Shown: positions 1 to 9,800 of the stretch, in pieces | How positions within the stretch are numbered: the first letter of the stretch is position 1 | Layout of the letters: each line of letters starts with the position of its first letter | From: Candidatus Eiseniibacteriota bacterium | GTDB taxonomy: Bacteria > Eisenbacteria > RBG-16-71-46 | NCBI GenBank assembly: GCA_041483195.1 | Contig: JBGPFC010000035.1 | Span: 1 to 38,741 of the forward strand | DNA length: 38,741 bases | Reading direction: 5' to 3' | Notes under the pieces: generated by a model | The model's database searches: none | Told to the model about the DNA's origin: nothing | What the model saw: only the letters and a program-made list of their open reading frames with translations | Program-made: the position numbers and the translations under genes

Positions 1-1
1 C

Positions 2-22
2 TAGCCCGACCTATTCATGAAG
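2..22. repeat. IS terminal inverted repeat, downstream of tnp (IRR)
   Basis: TAGCCCGACCTATTCATGAAG is the exact 21-bp reverse complement of 1656-1676. Confidence 0.95.
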
Positions 23-207
23 GCTCGGTCTGGACGGCGTGATTGCAGAAACGCGGGACCTTGTCACCGCGGGATGATACGGCGAGGGGTCCGGCGGGGA
101 CAGCGGGCGTGCGCCGGGCCGCAGCGGGGGCTGAGCTGACTTCAAAGGCGGGTTTCGGGCAGCGCTCCGCTCCGGGCGACGCGGTGCGGCGGACGAGGGC
201 GGCGATC

Positions 208-1578
208 TCAGGCGGAAGTGGCGCCGCTGCGCAGCGCGAGCGCGCGCCAGCCGTCGCGGTACGGGAACGCGGCGGGCAGGCGCAGCACCAGCCGCCGCGT
301 CGAAGCGATGACCTGCACGCCGATCTTGAGCAGCTCGAGCCGCAGGGTCGAGACCTGAGCGCGCGCCCAGGCGCTGCCGCGGGCGGCGAGGCGCAGCTCC
401 TGCAACAGCACGTAGGCCGCGGCGGCCAGCAGCACGCGCAGCTGGTTGGCGCGGAACTTGGTGCAACTGGTGCGATCGAGCGCGACGTCGAACAGCTCCT
501 TGATGCGGTTCTCGACCTCGCCGCGCAGGCAGTAGATGCGCTCGTAGATCCGCTGCGCCTTGCCCGTGAGGTTGGTGACCACGAAGCGCGGGTTGAGGCG
601 CGGCGCGCGGCCCTCGAGCCGGACCACCTCGGCCTTGCAGACCACGCGGCGCTCGCGATCCCAGGTCCCGGCCGCGTAGGCGAAGTCGGTGTAGACGTGT
701 TCGGTTTGCCCGGAGTGCTCACTCAAGACCCGGGCGATGATCATGTCGAGCTCGGCCTCACGCTCCAGCACCGGGTTCTTGGCCATCGCGACCACGTAGT
801 CGACGCCGACCTCGTCGAGGAACTCGAACAGCTCGGGCGCGGCGAAGCCGCCATCGAGGCGCACCAGGATGCGGGCGTTCGGGAAGCGCTCCTGCAGGCG
901 GCCGATGATACGCTTGAGGAACGTGAGCGCGCCCTGCGGGGTGGGCGCGTTCCCCGGTCGGAGTGCTGCGGCGCACAGGAGCTGCTCGCGCTCGCGGTCG
1001 AAGGTCAGGAACGCCAGCAGCGGCAGATAGCACGCGTGGTCGTAGAAACCATTGAAGCAGCTCAGCTGCTGCGCGCCGTGGGTGGGATCGTCGGTGACGT
1101 CGAGATCGAGCGTGATGCGGCGCACCTTGCGACGGCGCCGGGCGTGGCGATCGAGCACGGTCTCGAACAGCGCTTCGCTCATCGCCAGCAGCTCGCCACG
1201 GGTGACGTCGTTCTCGAACCGCGACAGCGTCGGCTGCGAGGCCAGCGCGTCGCCCGTCACCGGATCGCGACCGAGCAGCAGCTTGTGCATGGGATCGTCG
1301 GCCAGCCGCGCGGCGTCGTGGGCGTCGTCGTAGCCGAGCGCCAGGCCGTAGATGCGCTGGCCCAGCAGATCCGCCAGAGCGTGACGGACCTTGCCGCGCT
1401 GGCGCTCATCCACGAGCGCGCCCGCGAGCCGCGGGATCAGACCCAGCCGGCGGTCGGCGGCCTTGAGCAGCACGGCGCCACCATCGGAGCTGGCGTTGGG
1501 AACGTCGAACGTCGCCGTCAGTGGCCGGTCGAAAAGATCCGGGAACCGCAGACACGGTGTCGTGGTAAAGTCGCGCAC
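208..1578 (-). CDS. tnp: IS1380-family DDE transposase (DDE_Tnp_1_4-like), 456 aa
   Basis: Motifs SSDGG, LGYDD, LASQPTLSRFEN, ITLDLDVTDDPTHGAQQ, RLDGGF, Y..RGEVENRIKE, F.ANQ. Start moved to GTG 1578 because of the upstream GGAGG. Confidence 0.93.
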   Translation of the reverse strand: MRDFTTTPCLRFPDLFDRPLTATFDVPNASSDGGAVLLKAADRRLGLIPRLAGALVDERQRGKVRHALADLLGQRIYGLALGYDDAHDAARLADDPMHKLLLGRDPVTGDALASQPTLSRFENDVTRGELLAMSEALFETVLDRHARRRRKVRRITLDLDVTDDPTHGAQQLSCFNGFYDHACYLPLLAFLTFDREREQLLCAAALRPGNAPTPQGALTFLKRIIGRLQERFPNARILVRLDGGFAAPELFEFLDEVGVDYVVAMAKNPVLEREAELDMIIARVLSEHSGQTEHVYTDFAYAAGTWDRERRVVCKAEVVRLEGRAPRLNPRFVVTNLTGKAQRIYERIYCLRGEVENRIKELFDVALDRTSCTKFRANQLRVLLAAAAYVLLQELRLAARGSAWARAQVSTLRLELLKIGVQVIASTRRLVLRLPAAFPYRDGWRALALRSGATSA

Positions 1579-1579
1579 G

Positions 1580-1644
1580 CGAAGACCTCCGTCCGTGGAA
1601 GAAAGGTGCCTGAACAACGCCTTCCTACCACACGGAGGTCTTCG
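1580..1644 (-). promoter_or_regulatory. Stem-loop sequestering the transposase RBS
   Basis: CGAAGACCTCCGT (1580-1592) and ACGGAGGTCTTCG (1632-1644) are a perfect 13-bp IR with further imperfect inner pairing; one arm contains the GGAGG RBS. Confidence 0.7.
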
Positions 1645-1655
1645 TGTTCACTGCT

Positions 1656-1676
1656 CTTCATGAATAGGTCGGGCTA
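1656..1676. repeat. IS terminal inverted repeat, upstream of tnp (IRL)
   Basis: CTTCATGAATAGGTCGGGCTA, reverse complement of 2-22. Confidence 0.95.
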
Positions 1677-2500
1677 AGGGTAGGACCTTCGATATACTCC
1701 ATTGCTAGGAATGTATGGAATGGCCGACTCGGCGACAGCACCAGATCAAATACTTGTGCTAGGTTGCGATGGCGCAGTTCAGCGGCTACAGCAAATTCAC
1801 GCTGGATACGTAGGGTCTGAAACCCCTGCATCATCGATGGGAAATACACTTTGAGAGCAACGACCGTCCCAACCCTTAGATCGCCGCCAGGGATAGCAGT
1901 CGCCACCTTTGCCTTCCAGACCTCCGCGGAGTGGCCGCGCCCGAGACGACGGTCCAAGAGGTAGCAGTCCAGTCGCTGGCCAGGCCTGAGGACTCGGGCA
2001 TTCGCTTGGACTACCTGGGGGCTCACTTCGGCTTCTCCAGAAGACAAAGGGCCCTCTGCTTCCTGCAAGACGCGTTGGAGGGTCGTGGCAGCCACTCCTG
2101 CGGCGACGAGGATTAGCTCCATGTCAGAGTCGATCTGCGAGGCCGCCAACTCATTTTTGGTTCCCCACATCCCGACGACCGCAACTTTCGGCGGCAAGCT
2201 CCCTGCACTACGGTACCTGACACTTGGCGAGAGTGCTGCATTCGGCGCCAAAATCACGTGCCCGGCGGCGCGCCTGCCCTGAAAGCCCCGCCAGCTCGCG
2301 ATTCGATTGGCGACCCGCCCTCGGGTGAGTATCAAGGCACTAAGGGGTATGAGGATCATGAATGCGCGGGCGTCAAGTTCGACGAGCATTCGTTCTGCCG
2401 ATCCGCCGGAGATGCGTACTTCGAGCCCGCGCTCCACAGCTGCCGCTTGGAGTCGCTTTCTAAAAGCGACTAGCTCCTCCTTGAGATTGGTGCGCGCCAT
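1658..2500 (-). pseudogene. Hanks-type Ser/Thr protein kinase with an unknown N-terminal domain, truncated by the IS
   Basis: N-lobe motifs LGRGHSAEVWKA, VALKV, IQREF, LRHRNLAQVFD, AMEYIEGPTL. The frame then enters the IS end and stops (SPTYS*), so HRD and DFG are absent. Visibly AT-richer than flanking genes. Confidence 0.85.
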
Positions 2501-2546
2501 GTGTGATCGGTCCTCAGCCCCAAGAGTCGACTATCGTTCTATTTAT

Positions 2547-2620
2547 GGCCTAACGACGAGTAGATGGCTCGGTGGGATCTCGGTCTGGCGAACCGAGCCC
2601 TTCATCGCCGCCCCGTAGCC
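2547..2620 (-). other. Possible degenerate integron attC-like recombination site
   Basis: Minus-strand GTTAGGC (2548-2554) fits GTTRRRY just upstream of the kinase start; internal IR GGCTCGGT/ACCGAGCC (2566-2573/2592-2599); only an imperfect inverse core (GGCTAC, 2615-2620). Confidence 0.3.
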
Positions 2621-2687
2621 GCCTTGTCTCAGCCGCGAATAACAGATGCGCGGCGAGCAATCGCTCCGCCGCCGCACCCACCCCCCC

Positions 2688-3743
2688 TCAGCTCCTCCCC
2701 GTCTGCAGCTGCACCATGATCTCATCGAGCACGCGCTTCGGCGGCCTCACCTGATCCAGTGGTAGTGCAGCCAGCGGCGCATCCACCAGCGCGAGATCCT
2801 CCTCGAACGGCTTCTGCGCGGGATCCACGAAGAACAGCCCCGTCAGCAGCTTCCCTTCCGCCCGCGACGCCCACAGCGCGTCGATCGCATGCTCGCGGCT
2901 GGTCGGCTCGTAGTCGGCAGCGAGCTTGTGCAGCACCAGGCGCGAGCCGTCGGGCATCGTCACCTCGCGCGTGGTGCCGGGCTCGTAGTCCACGTGGGTG
3001 TCTTCGTAGTAGGGGACGAAGTCGATCGAGTGAAGCGGCGCGTCGTGCTCCTTCACATAGGCGTACGACTTGGTCGAGCCCTCGTGGTCGGCGAACGTCA
3101 CGCACGGGCTGATCACGTCGATCACGGCGGTGCCGCGGTGCGCGAAAGCTGCCTTGAGCAGCGGCCGCAGTTGCTTGTGGTCGCCCGAGAACGATCTCGC
3201 CACGAACCCGCAGCCCAGCTCGATCGCGATCGCGCAGCAGTCGATCGGCATCATCGCGTTCGCCGCGCCGTTCTTCATGGTGCTGCCCACGTCGGCGGTG
3301 GCCGAGAACTGGCCCTTGGTGAGCCCGTACACGCCGTTGTTCTCGATGATGTACACGACCGGCACGTTGCGTCGCACCAGGTGGCAGAACTGTCCGAGCC
3401 CGATGCTGGCGGTGTCGCCGTCGCCCGAGACGCCGATCAGCAGCAGCTCGCGGTTGGCGGCGCGCACGCCGGTCGCGATGCAGGGCATGCGGCCGTGCAC
3501 GGCGTTGAAGCCGTGCGAGTGCCCGAGAAAGTAGGCCGGTGTCTTGCTCGAGCAGCCGATGCCCGACAGCTTGGCCACGTTCTGCGGCTCGAGCGCGGCT
3601 TCGTACGCCGCCTGAATGATGGCGGCGGTGATCGCGTTGTGCCCGCAGCCGGGGCACAGCGTGGTCTTCGAGCCGTCGTAATCGGCGCGCGTCAAGCCCG
3701 CGCGATTCTTCGCGGCGGGTCCGGCGGCGGGGGTCTCGCTCAT
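2688..3743 (-). CDS. korB: 2-oxoacid:ferredoxin oxidoreductase beta subunit
   Basis: LCPGCGH, SGIGCSSK, HGR, TPP motif GDGD...NNGVYGLTKGQFS, ISPCVTF; ATGA overlap with the alpha-subunit stop. Confidence 0.93.
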   Translation of the reverse strand: MSETPAAGPAAKNRAGLTRADYDGSKTTLCPGCGHNAITAAIIQAAYEAALEPQNVAKLSGIGCSSKTPAYFLGHSHGFNAVHGRMPCIATGVRAANRELLLIGVSGDGDTASIGLGQFCHLVRRNVPVVYIIENNGVYGLTKGQFSATADVGSTMKNGAANAMMPIDCCAIAIELGCGFVARSFSGDHKQLRPLLKAAFAHRGTAVIDVISPCVTFADHEGSTKSYAYVKEHDAPLHSIDFVPYYEDTHVDYEPGTTREVTMPDGSRLVLHKLAADYEPTSREHAIDALWASRAEGKLLTGLFFVDPAQKPFEEDLALVDAPLAALPLDQVRPPKRVLDEIMVQLQTGRS

Positions 3744-5560
3744 CGGGTCGCTCCCTGGGGCACGGCGCGCGGGGCGCGCGCGGCCTCCTGGTTCATGATC
3801 TCATCGCGCACGAAGCGCGCGTCGATCGGCATGCCGGTGAAGTGGCGCACCGAGCGCACGCGCGCGGCCTCGGCGGGCAGCTCGAGCCGCACGATGTCGG
3901 CCATCTGGCCGTCGCGATTCTGCTCGACCACGTACACGCGCGGGTGCGCGCGCACGAAGCGCGCGACGTGCTCGGTGAGCGGCAGCGCCTTGAGCAGCAG
4001 GTAGGCGGTGGGCAACCCGGCCGCGCGCAGCTGGTCGCGCGCCTCGACCAACGCCCAGTGGGTGGAGCCAAACGCGATGATGCCGACCTCGGCGTCTTCC
4101 TCCCACACCTCGGGCGCCGGCACCAGCGTCTTCGCGGTCTCGAACTTGCGCGCGAGGCGCGCCATGTTGCGCTCGTACACCTCGGGGCTCTCGGTGTAGC
4201 GCGCCTGCTCGTCGTGCCCGGAGCCGCGCGTGAACGCCATGCCCTTGGTGTCGCGATTGATTCCGGGCAGCGTGCGATAGGGAATCGCGTCGCCGTCGCG
4301 GTCGCGGTAGCGCTCGAACTTGGGGAGCTTCGCGAGGTCGTCGTCGCTCAGCAGCTTGCCGCGGTCCCACGGCTTCTCGGGATATGTGAACGGGTCGCTC
4401 ATCCAGTTGTTCATACCCAGGTCGAGATCGCTCAATACGAACACCGGCGTCTGGAGGCGCTCGGCCAGGTCGAACGCCTTCATGCCGAACTCGTAGCAGT
4501 CGCGCACCGAGCTGGGCAGCAGCACGACCTGGCGCGTGTCGCCGTGCGAGAGGTGGTGGACGAACGTGATGTCGGCCTGCGAGGTGCGGGTCGGCAGCCC
4601 GGTGCTGGGGCCGATGCGCTGGATGTCCCAGATCACGGCGGGGATCTCGGCGTAGTAGCCGTAGCCCGCGAACTCCGCCATCAGCGAGATGCCGGGGCCC
4701 GAGGTCGACGTCATCGCGCGCGCGCCGGCCCACGATGCGCCGAGCACCATGCCGATCGCGGCGATCTCGTCCTCGGCCTGGATCACGGCGTAGGTGGCCT
4801 TGCCGTTCTCGTCCTTGCGGTAGCGTTCGAGGTATCCGATCAGCGCCTCGACCAGGCTCGATGACGGCGTGATCGGATACCACGTCACAACGCTCACGCC
4901 GCCCATCATCGCGCCGAGCGCGCCAGCGGTGTTGCCGTCGATCAGGATCTTGCCGGCGGTCTTGTCCGAGCGCTCGAGGCGGTAGGGATCGCGCTTCGTG
5001 AGATTGGCCTTCGCCCACTCCCAGCCGGCGCGCACCGCCTGGTGATTGAGCGCGAGCGCCTTGGGCTTGCGCCCGAGCTGCGCATCGAGCGCGCGCTCAA
5101 CCTCGGCCTCGGGAATCCCGAGCAGCTCGCCGAGCACGCCAACGTACAGCATGTTGGTGACGAGCCGGCGCAGGCGCACGTCGGTGGTGATGGGCTCGAT
5201 CAGCGCCTTCATCGGCACGACGTACGTGAAGCGGTCGTCGGGCGGGGGCGGCACCTTGATCTGATCGTTCAGCACGATCACGCCGCCCGGGCCGACGCTC
5301 GCGATGTCTTCCGCCGCGGTCTCGGGGTTCATCACGACCATGATGTCGGTCTCGGCGCGGCGCGCGAGGTAGCCGTCCTTGCTGGCGCGGATGGTGAACC
5401 ACGTGGGCAGCCCCGCGATGTTCGATGGGAACAGGTTCTTCCCGCTCACCGGCACGCCCATCTGGAAGATGGCGCGGAACAGGATGGTGTTCGCGGTCTG
5501 GCTGCCGGAGCCGTTCATGGTGGCCACCGAGATGCTGAAGTCGTTGATGACGGGGTTCAC
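3740..5560 (-). CDS. korA: 2-oxoacid:ferredoxin oxidoreductase alpha subunit (gamma-alpha fusion)
   Basis: NGSGSQTAN, FPSNIAGLPTW, WYPITPSS, QAEDEIAA, TSTSGPGISLM, QRIGPSTGLPT. Confidence 0.93.
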   Translation of the reverse strand: MNPVINDFSISVATMNGSGSQTANTILFRAIFQMGVPVSGKNLFPSNIAGLPTWFTIRASKDGYLARRAETDIMVVMNPETAAEDIASVGPGGVIVLNDQIKVPPPPDDRFTYVVPMKALIEPITTDVRLRRLVTNMLYVGVLGELLGIPEAEVERALDAQLGRKPKALALNHQAVRAGWEWAKANLTKRDPYRLERSDKTAGKILIDGNTAGALGAMMGGVSVVTWYPITPSSSLVEALIGYLERYRKDENGKATYAVIQAEDEIAAIGMVLGASWAGARAMTSTSGPGISLMAEFAGYGYYAEIPAVIWDIQRIGPSTGLPTRTSQADITFVHHLSHGDTRQVVLLPSSVRDCYEFGMKAFDLAERLQTPVFVLSDLDLGMNNWMSDPFTYPEKPWDRGKLLSDDDLAKLPKFERYRDRDGDAIPYRTLPGINRDTKGMAFTRGSGHDEQARYTESPEVYERNMARLARKFETAKTLVPAPEVWEEDAEVGIIAFGSTHWALVEARDQLRAAGLPTAYLLLKALPLTEHVARFVRAHPRVYVVEQNRDGQMADIVRLELPAEAARVRSVRHFTGMPIDARFVRDEIMNQEAARAPRAVPQGATR

Positions 5561-5571
5561 GATCGCCCTTC

Positions 5572-6555
5572 TCAGGTCCAGAGGTCGCCCATCGTCAGAC
5601 GCGCGGGCTTGCGCACGTGGACGTAGGCTGAGTTCGCGGCGATGCAGCCTTCGCTCGCGGCGGTGAGCAGCAGCTTGTACTTGCCATCGTAGGTCACGAT
5701 ATCACCGCACGCGAACACGCCGTCGAGCGAGGTGCGCATGTGGCCGTCCACCTTGATCAGGTTGTGCTCGACCTCGATCCCCCAGCGTTTGACCGCGTCG
5801 AGGTTCACGGCGTTGCCGATGTTCACCACCAGCACGTCGCACTCGATGCGCAGCGGCTCACTCGCGCCCTTCGTCACAGCGCGCACCGCGCGCAGCCTGC
5901 CGTTTTCCGTTTCGATCTCCTTCACGCGCGTGTTGAAGTGCCGCGGGATCTCGAGCTGGTTCACGAGGTCGATGTTGCTCTCCATCCCGGTGAAGCGATC
6001 GAGCACCTGCACCATGGTGACCTTCGCCCCGGCCTGATGCGCGGCCTGCGCGCTCTCGAGGCCCGAGTCGCCGCCGCCCACCACCACCACGCGCTTGCCG
6101 GCGATGCGCGCGCGATCGGGCATGCGATACGTGAGCTGCTCCTCCGCCAATCCGTGTTCGCCCGGCACCTTGAGCTTGCGCGGCTCAAAGGCGCCGCCGC
6201 CGATCGCCACGATCACGGCGCTCGCCGCGTGGCGATGCTCCTGGCTCGTGACCACGTCGTGCGCGACCAGCTCGAAACCTTGATCGCCGTTGCGGACCAG
6301 GTCGGTGACCTTTTGGTTGCCCACCATGTCCACCTCGAGCGCCGCGGCGTGATCGGTGAGACGCGCCGCGAGATCGCCCGCGATGATGTTTTCGTAGCCG
6401 GGCCAGTCGTGCACGGGCTTGTCGCCGTAGAGCGAGACCAGCTGTCCGCCTACGCGTCCCGCGTCTACGACTTTCACAGACAGCTTGCGCATGCGACAGA
6501 ACATCCCGGCGGTGAGCCCGGATGGGCCGCCGCCGATGATGAGCACTTCGTGCAA
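5572..6555 (-). CDS. Thioredoxin-reductase-like flavoprotein without CxxC (ferredoxin-NAD(P)+ reductase, YumC type), 327 aa
   Basis: IIGGGPSG FAD motif, GGQL..LY, GGGAFEPRK, VVGGGDSG, TSLDGVFACGD; TTG start at 6555 with a GAGGAGG RBS. Confidence 0.85.
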   Translation of the reverse strand: MHEVLIIGGGPSGLTAGMFCRMRKLSVKVVDAGRVGGQLVSLYGDKPVHDWPGYENIIAGDLAARLTDHAAALEVDMVGNQKVTDLVRNGDQGFELVAHDVVTSQEHRHAASAVIVAIGGGAFEPRKLKVPGEHGLAEEQLTYRMPDRARIAGKRVVVVGGGDSGLESAQAAHQAGAKVTMVQVLDRFTGMESNIDLVNQLEIPRHFNTRVKEIETENGRLRAVRAVTKGASEPLRIECDVLVVNIGNAVNLDAVKRWGIEVEHNLIKVDGHMRTSLDGVFACGDIVTYDGKYKLLLTAASEGCIAANSAYVHVRKPARLTMGDLWT

Positions 6556-6843
6556 GCAGCCTCCTCGCGAACCGGGCGGAGCGCCGGGCTCCCCCCCGCG
6601 GCTGGCGCGGGCGGACCCCTTGCGAAACCGCCAGTTAACCGCCGCCGGGGGGCGAGGGTCAAGCCGTGGGCCCGGGGGGGCCTGGGGCGGGCCGGGGAGG
6701 CGGGCCAAAGCGTTCAAGCGCATGCGCGAATGTGCCGAAACCTATTCCCAGAGAACCCGTTGCGCCCGCGGGAGAGACCGCGGGCCATCACCATTCACTT
6801 CGTGAGGTCGCCGATCTTGTCCGATCGTGCGCGGCAGAACGCT

Positions 6844-9800
6844 ATGACTTGCGTCGCGGTCCCGATCGCCGCGCTGCTGATGCCGGCCGTGGGCATCGCC
6901 GCCACGCGCATGCCCGCGCCAGCGGATCTGGGCGCGGTCGGCCTGCTGGTCGCGTTCGCGATCGGCGCGCTGATCGCGGGCGGCGTGAGCGTGGCGATCA
7001 CTCGGGGCGCGTTGCGCCGAACGCGGGGCGCGGTCGAGGCGGCGCGCCGGCTCGGGGCGGAGGAGTTGACGCGAACCCGCGCCGAGTTCGAGCGCGAGGG
7101 CGCCGAGCGCGTCGCGACGCTCGAGCAGCGCACGGCGGCGCTCGATGCGAGCGAGGCGCTCAAGGCCTCGATCCTGGGCGCGGCGCTCGATGGGATCGTC
7201 GCGATCGACGCGCTCGGCGTGATCACCGAGTTCAACGCGGCGGCCGAGCGCACGTTCGGCTGGAATCGCGCGGAGGTGATCGGCCGCGAGACCCCCGAGA
7301 TCCTGCTGCCGCCCGCCTCGCGCGAGGCGCGGCGCCACGACTTCGAGCGATTCATCGTGAGCGGCGACATCCCCGACGAGGGCCACACCTTCGAGATCAC
7401 GGCGATGCGGCGCGACGGCACCGAGATCCCGGTGGAGATCGCGGTTCACGCGATGGGACCGCCCGAGGGCCGCTGCTTCGCCGGGTTCATCCGCGACGTT
7501 TCGCGCCGCCGCCGCGCGGTGTCGTTGCAGGCCGGCCACCGCCGCGTGCTGGAGCTGATCGCGACCAACGCGCCGCTCGAGGAGTCGCTCGCGGTGCTGG
7601 TGCGCGCGCTGGAAGAGCAGATGCCGCGCATGCGCTGCGCGGCGCTGCTGCTCGATGCCGCGGGCGGGCTCACCTGCGGCGCCGCGCCCGGTCTGCCCGC
7701 CGCGCTGATCGAGGCCGAGTTGGCGCTGCCGCCGGGGGCGGAGCGCGGATGCGGCGCGGCCGCCGCGCGCCTCGGGCGGCGCATCATCTGCGAGAACGTG
7801 CAGACCGATCCGCGCTGGACCGAGATGCGTGCCCTCGCGCTCAACGTGGGGCTGCGCTCGGCGTGGGCGCAGCCCATCTTCTGCCCGGGCGGCACGGTGC
7901 TGGGCGCGATCGCGGTGTTCCACGCCGAGCCCCACGTGCCCGACCTCGAGGAGCTGGAGCTGCTCGAGTCGGCGGCGCACCTGGCCAGCATCGGGATCGA
8001 GCGCGAGCGCGCGGAGGCCGCGCTGCGCGGCGCCGAGGAAAAGTACCGCGCGATTTTCGAGAACGCGATCGAGGGCGTGTTCCAGACCACGCCCGACGGG
8101 AGCTTCCTCTCGGCGAACCCGGCGCTCGCGCGGCTGTTCGGGTACGTCTCCGCGCAGGAGCTGATCGAGAAGTGCTCGGATCGCGTTCACCAGCTCTACG
8201 TGCTGCCCGAGCGCCGCGAGGACTGGAAGCGCCTGCTCGCCCAGCGCGGCGTGGTGCACGGCTACGAGTCGGAGATCATTCGCGCAGACGGCTCGCGGAT
8301 CTGGATCAGCGAGAACTGCCGCGTCGTGAAGGACGCGGCGGGCCACGTGCTCTACTACGAGGGCACGCTGCAGGACATCACCGACCGCAAGCGCGCGCAG
8401 GAAGACCTGCGCCGCTCGATGCGCGAGCTGGAGGAGGCGCGCGCGCGCGCCGAGCAGCAGGCGCAGCAGCTGCGCGAGCAGGCCGAGGAGCTGGCGCTCG
8501 CCCGCGACCAGGCGCTGGCCGCGACCAAGGCCAAGTCGGAATTCCTCGCCAACATGAGCCACGAGATCCGCACGCCGATGAACGGCATCCTCGGCATGAC
8601 CGGGCTGCTGCTCGACACCTCGCTCACCGAGGAGCAGCTCGACTTCGCGCAGGCGGTGCGCGGCAGCGCGGACGGCCTGCTCACCGTGATCAACGACATC
8701 CTCGACTTCTCGAAGATCGAGGCCGGCAAGCTCGCGGTCGAGGTGGTGGAGTTCGAGCTGCGCGTCGCGGTCGAGGAGGTGGCGGAGCTGCTCGCGCCGC
8801 GCGCCTTCGAGAAGGGCGTCGAGCTGGCGGTCTCGATCGCGAGCGATCTGCCCGAGCGATTGCTGGGCGACCCGGTGCGCATGCGCCAGGTGCTCACCAA
8901 CCTCGTCGGCAACGCGATCAAGTTCACGGAGCGCGGCGAGGTGGTGGTGTGGGCGGAGCTGGTGCGGCAGACGCCCACCCAGGCCACGATCCGCGTGCGC
9001 GTGCAGGACACCGGGGTCGGGATTCCGGGCGATCGGCTCGAGACCATCTTCGAGAGCTTCACGCAGGCCGACGGCAGCACGACGCGCCGCTACGGCGGCA
9101 CCGGGCTCGGCCTCACCATCAGCCGCCAGCTGATCGAGCTGATGGGCGGACGGATCGGGGTCGAGAGCGAGCCGCGCCAGGGCAGCACCTTCTGGATCGA
9201 GATCGCGCTGCCGCGCGCCGCGAGCGCGGTCGCGCCGCCGCGCGCGCTGCCCGAGGCGCTGCGCGGGGTGCGGGTGCTGGTGGCGGATCCCTCGCCCACC
9301 GCGCGCGAGACCGTGTGCACGCAGCTGCGCGCGTGGAACTGCCGCCCCGAGGGCACCGCGAGCGCGGATGAGACCATCGACCGGCTGCGCGCCGCGGCCG
9401 GGGGCGACGCGTTCGGGCTGGCGCTGATCGACCAGCGGCTCGCCGAGGCCGGCGGCGGACGCCTGCCGCGCGAGATCCGCGCCGAGCCGCACATGCACGC
9501 GCTGCCGATGGTGCTGATGGCGCCGCCGGTCGCGCACCTCACCGCCGACCCCACGCGCGATCTGTTCGCCGCCACCATCGCGAAGCCGGTGCGCTGCGCT
9601 TCGCTGCGCGCCGCGATGATCGCGGCGACCGCCACCGGCCCGGAAGCCGACTACGGAGCTGAAGCGCTGGGATCGCCGGTGGTGCGGCAGATGCTGCAGG
9701 GATTGCGGGTGCTGGTCGCCGAGGACAAGCCGGTCAACCAGAAGGTCGCGCTCCACGTGCTCGCGCGCTGGGGGTGCGAGGCGCGCGCGGTCGGCAGCGG

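Larger units (their letters stand above)
5..1673 (-). mobile_element. IS1380-family insertion sequence, complete
   Basis: Perfect terminal inverted repeats (CCCGACCTATTCATGAAG at 5-22 and its reverse complement at 1656-1673) enclose a single DDE transposase; about 1.67 kb; flanks CTAG (1-4) and CTAA (1674-1677). Confidence 0.93.

Noticed and set aside
43..1677. 544-aa plus-strand ORF across the IS
   Set aside because: Antisense shadow of the transposase; no motifs; expected in high-GC DNA.
5740..6801. N-terminal extension making the kinase 1574 aa
   Set aside because: Overlaps the opposite-strand flavoprotein gene; an open-frame artefact.
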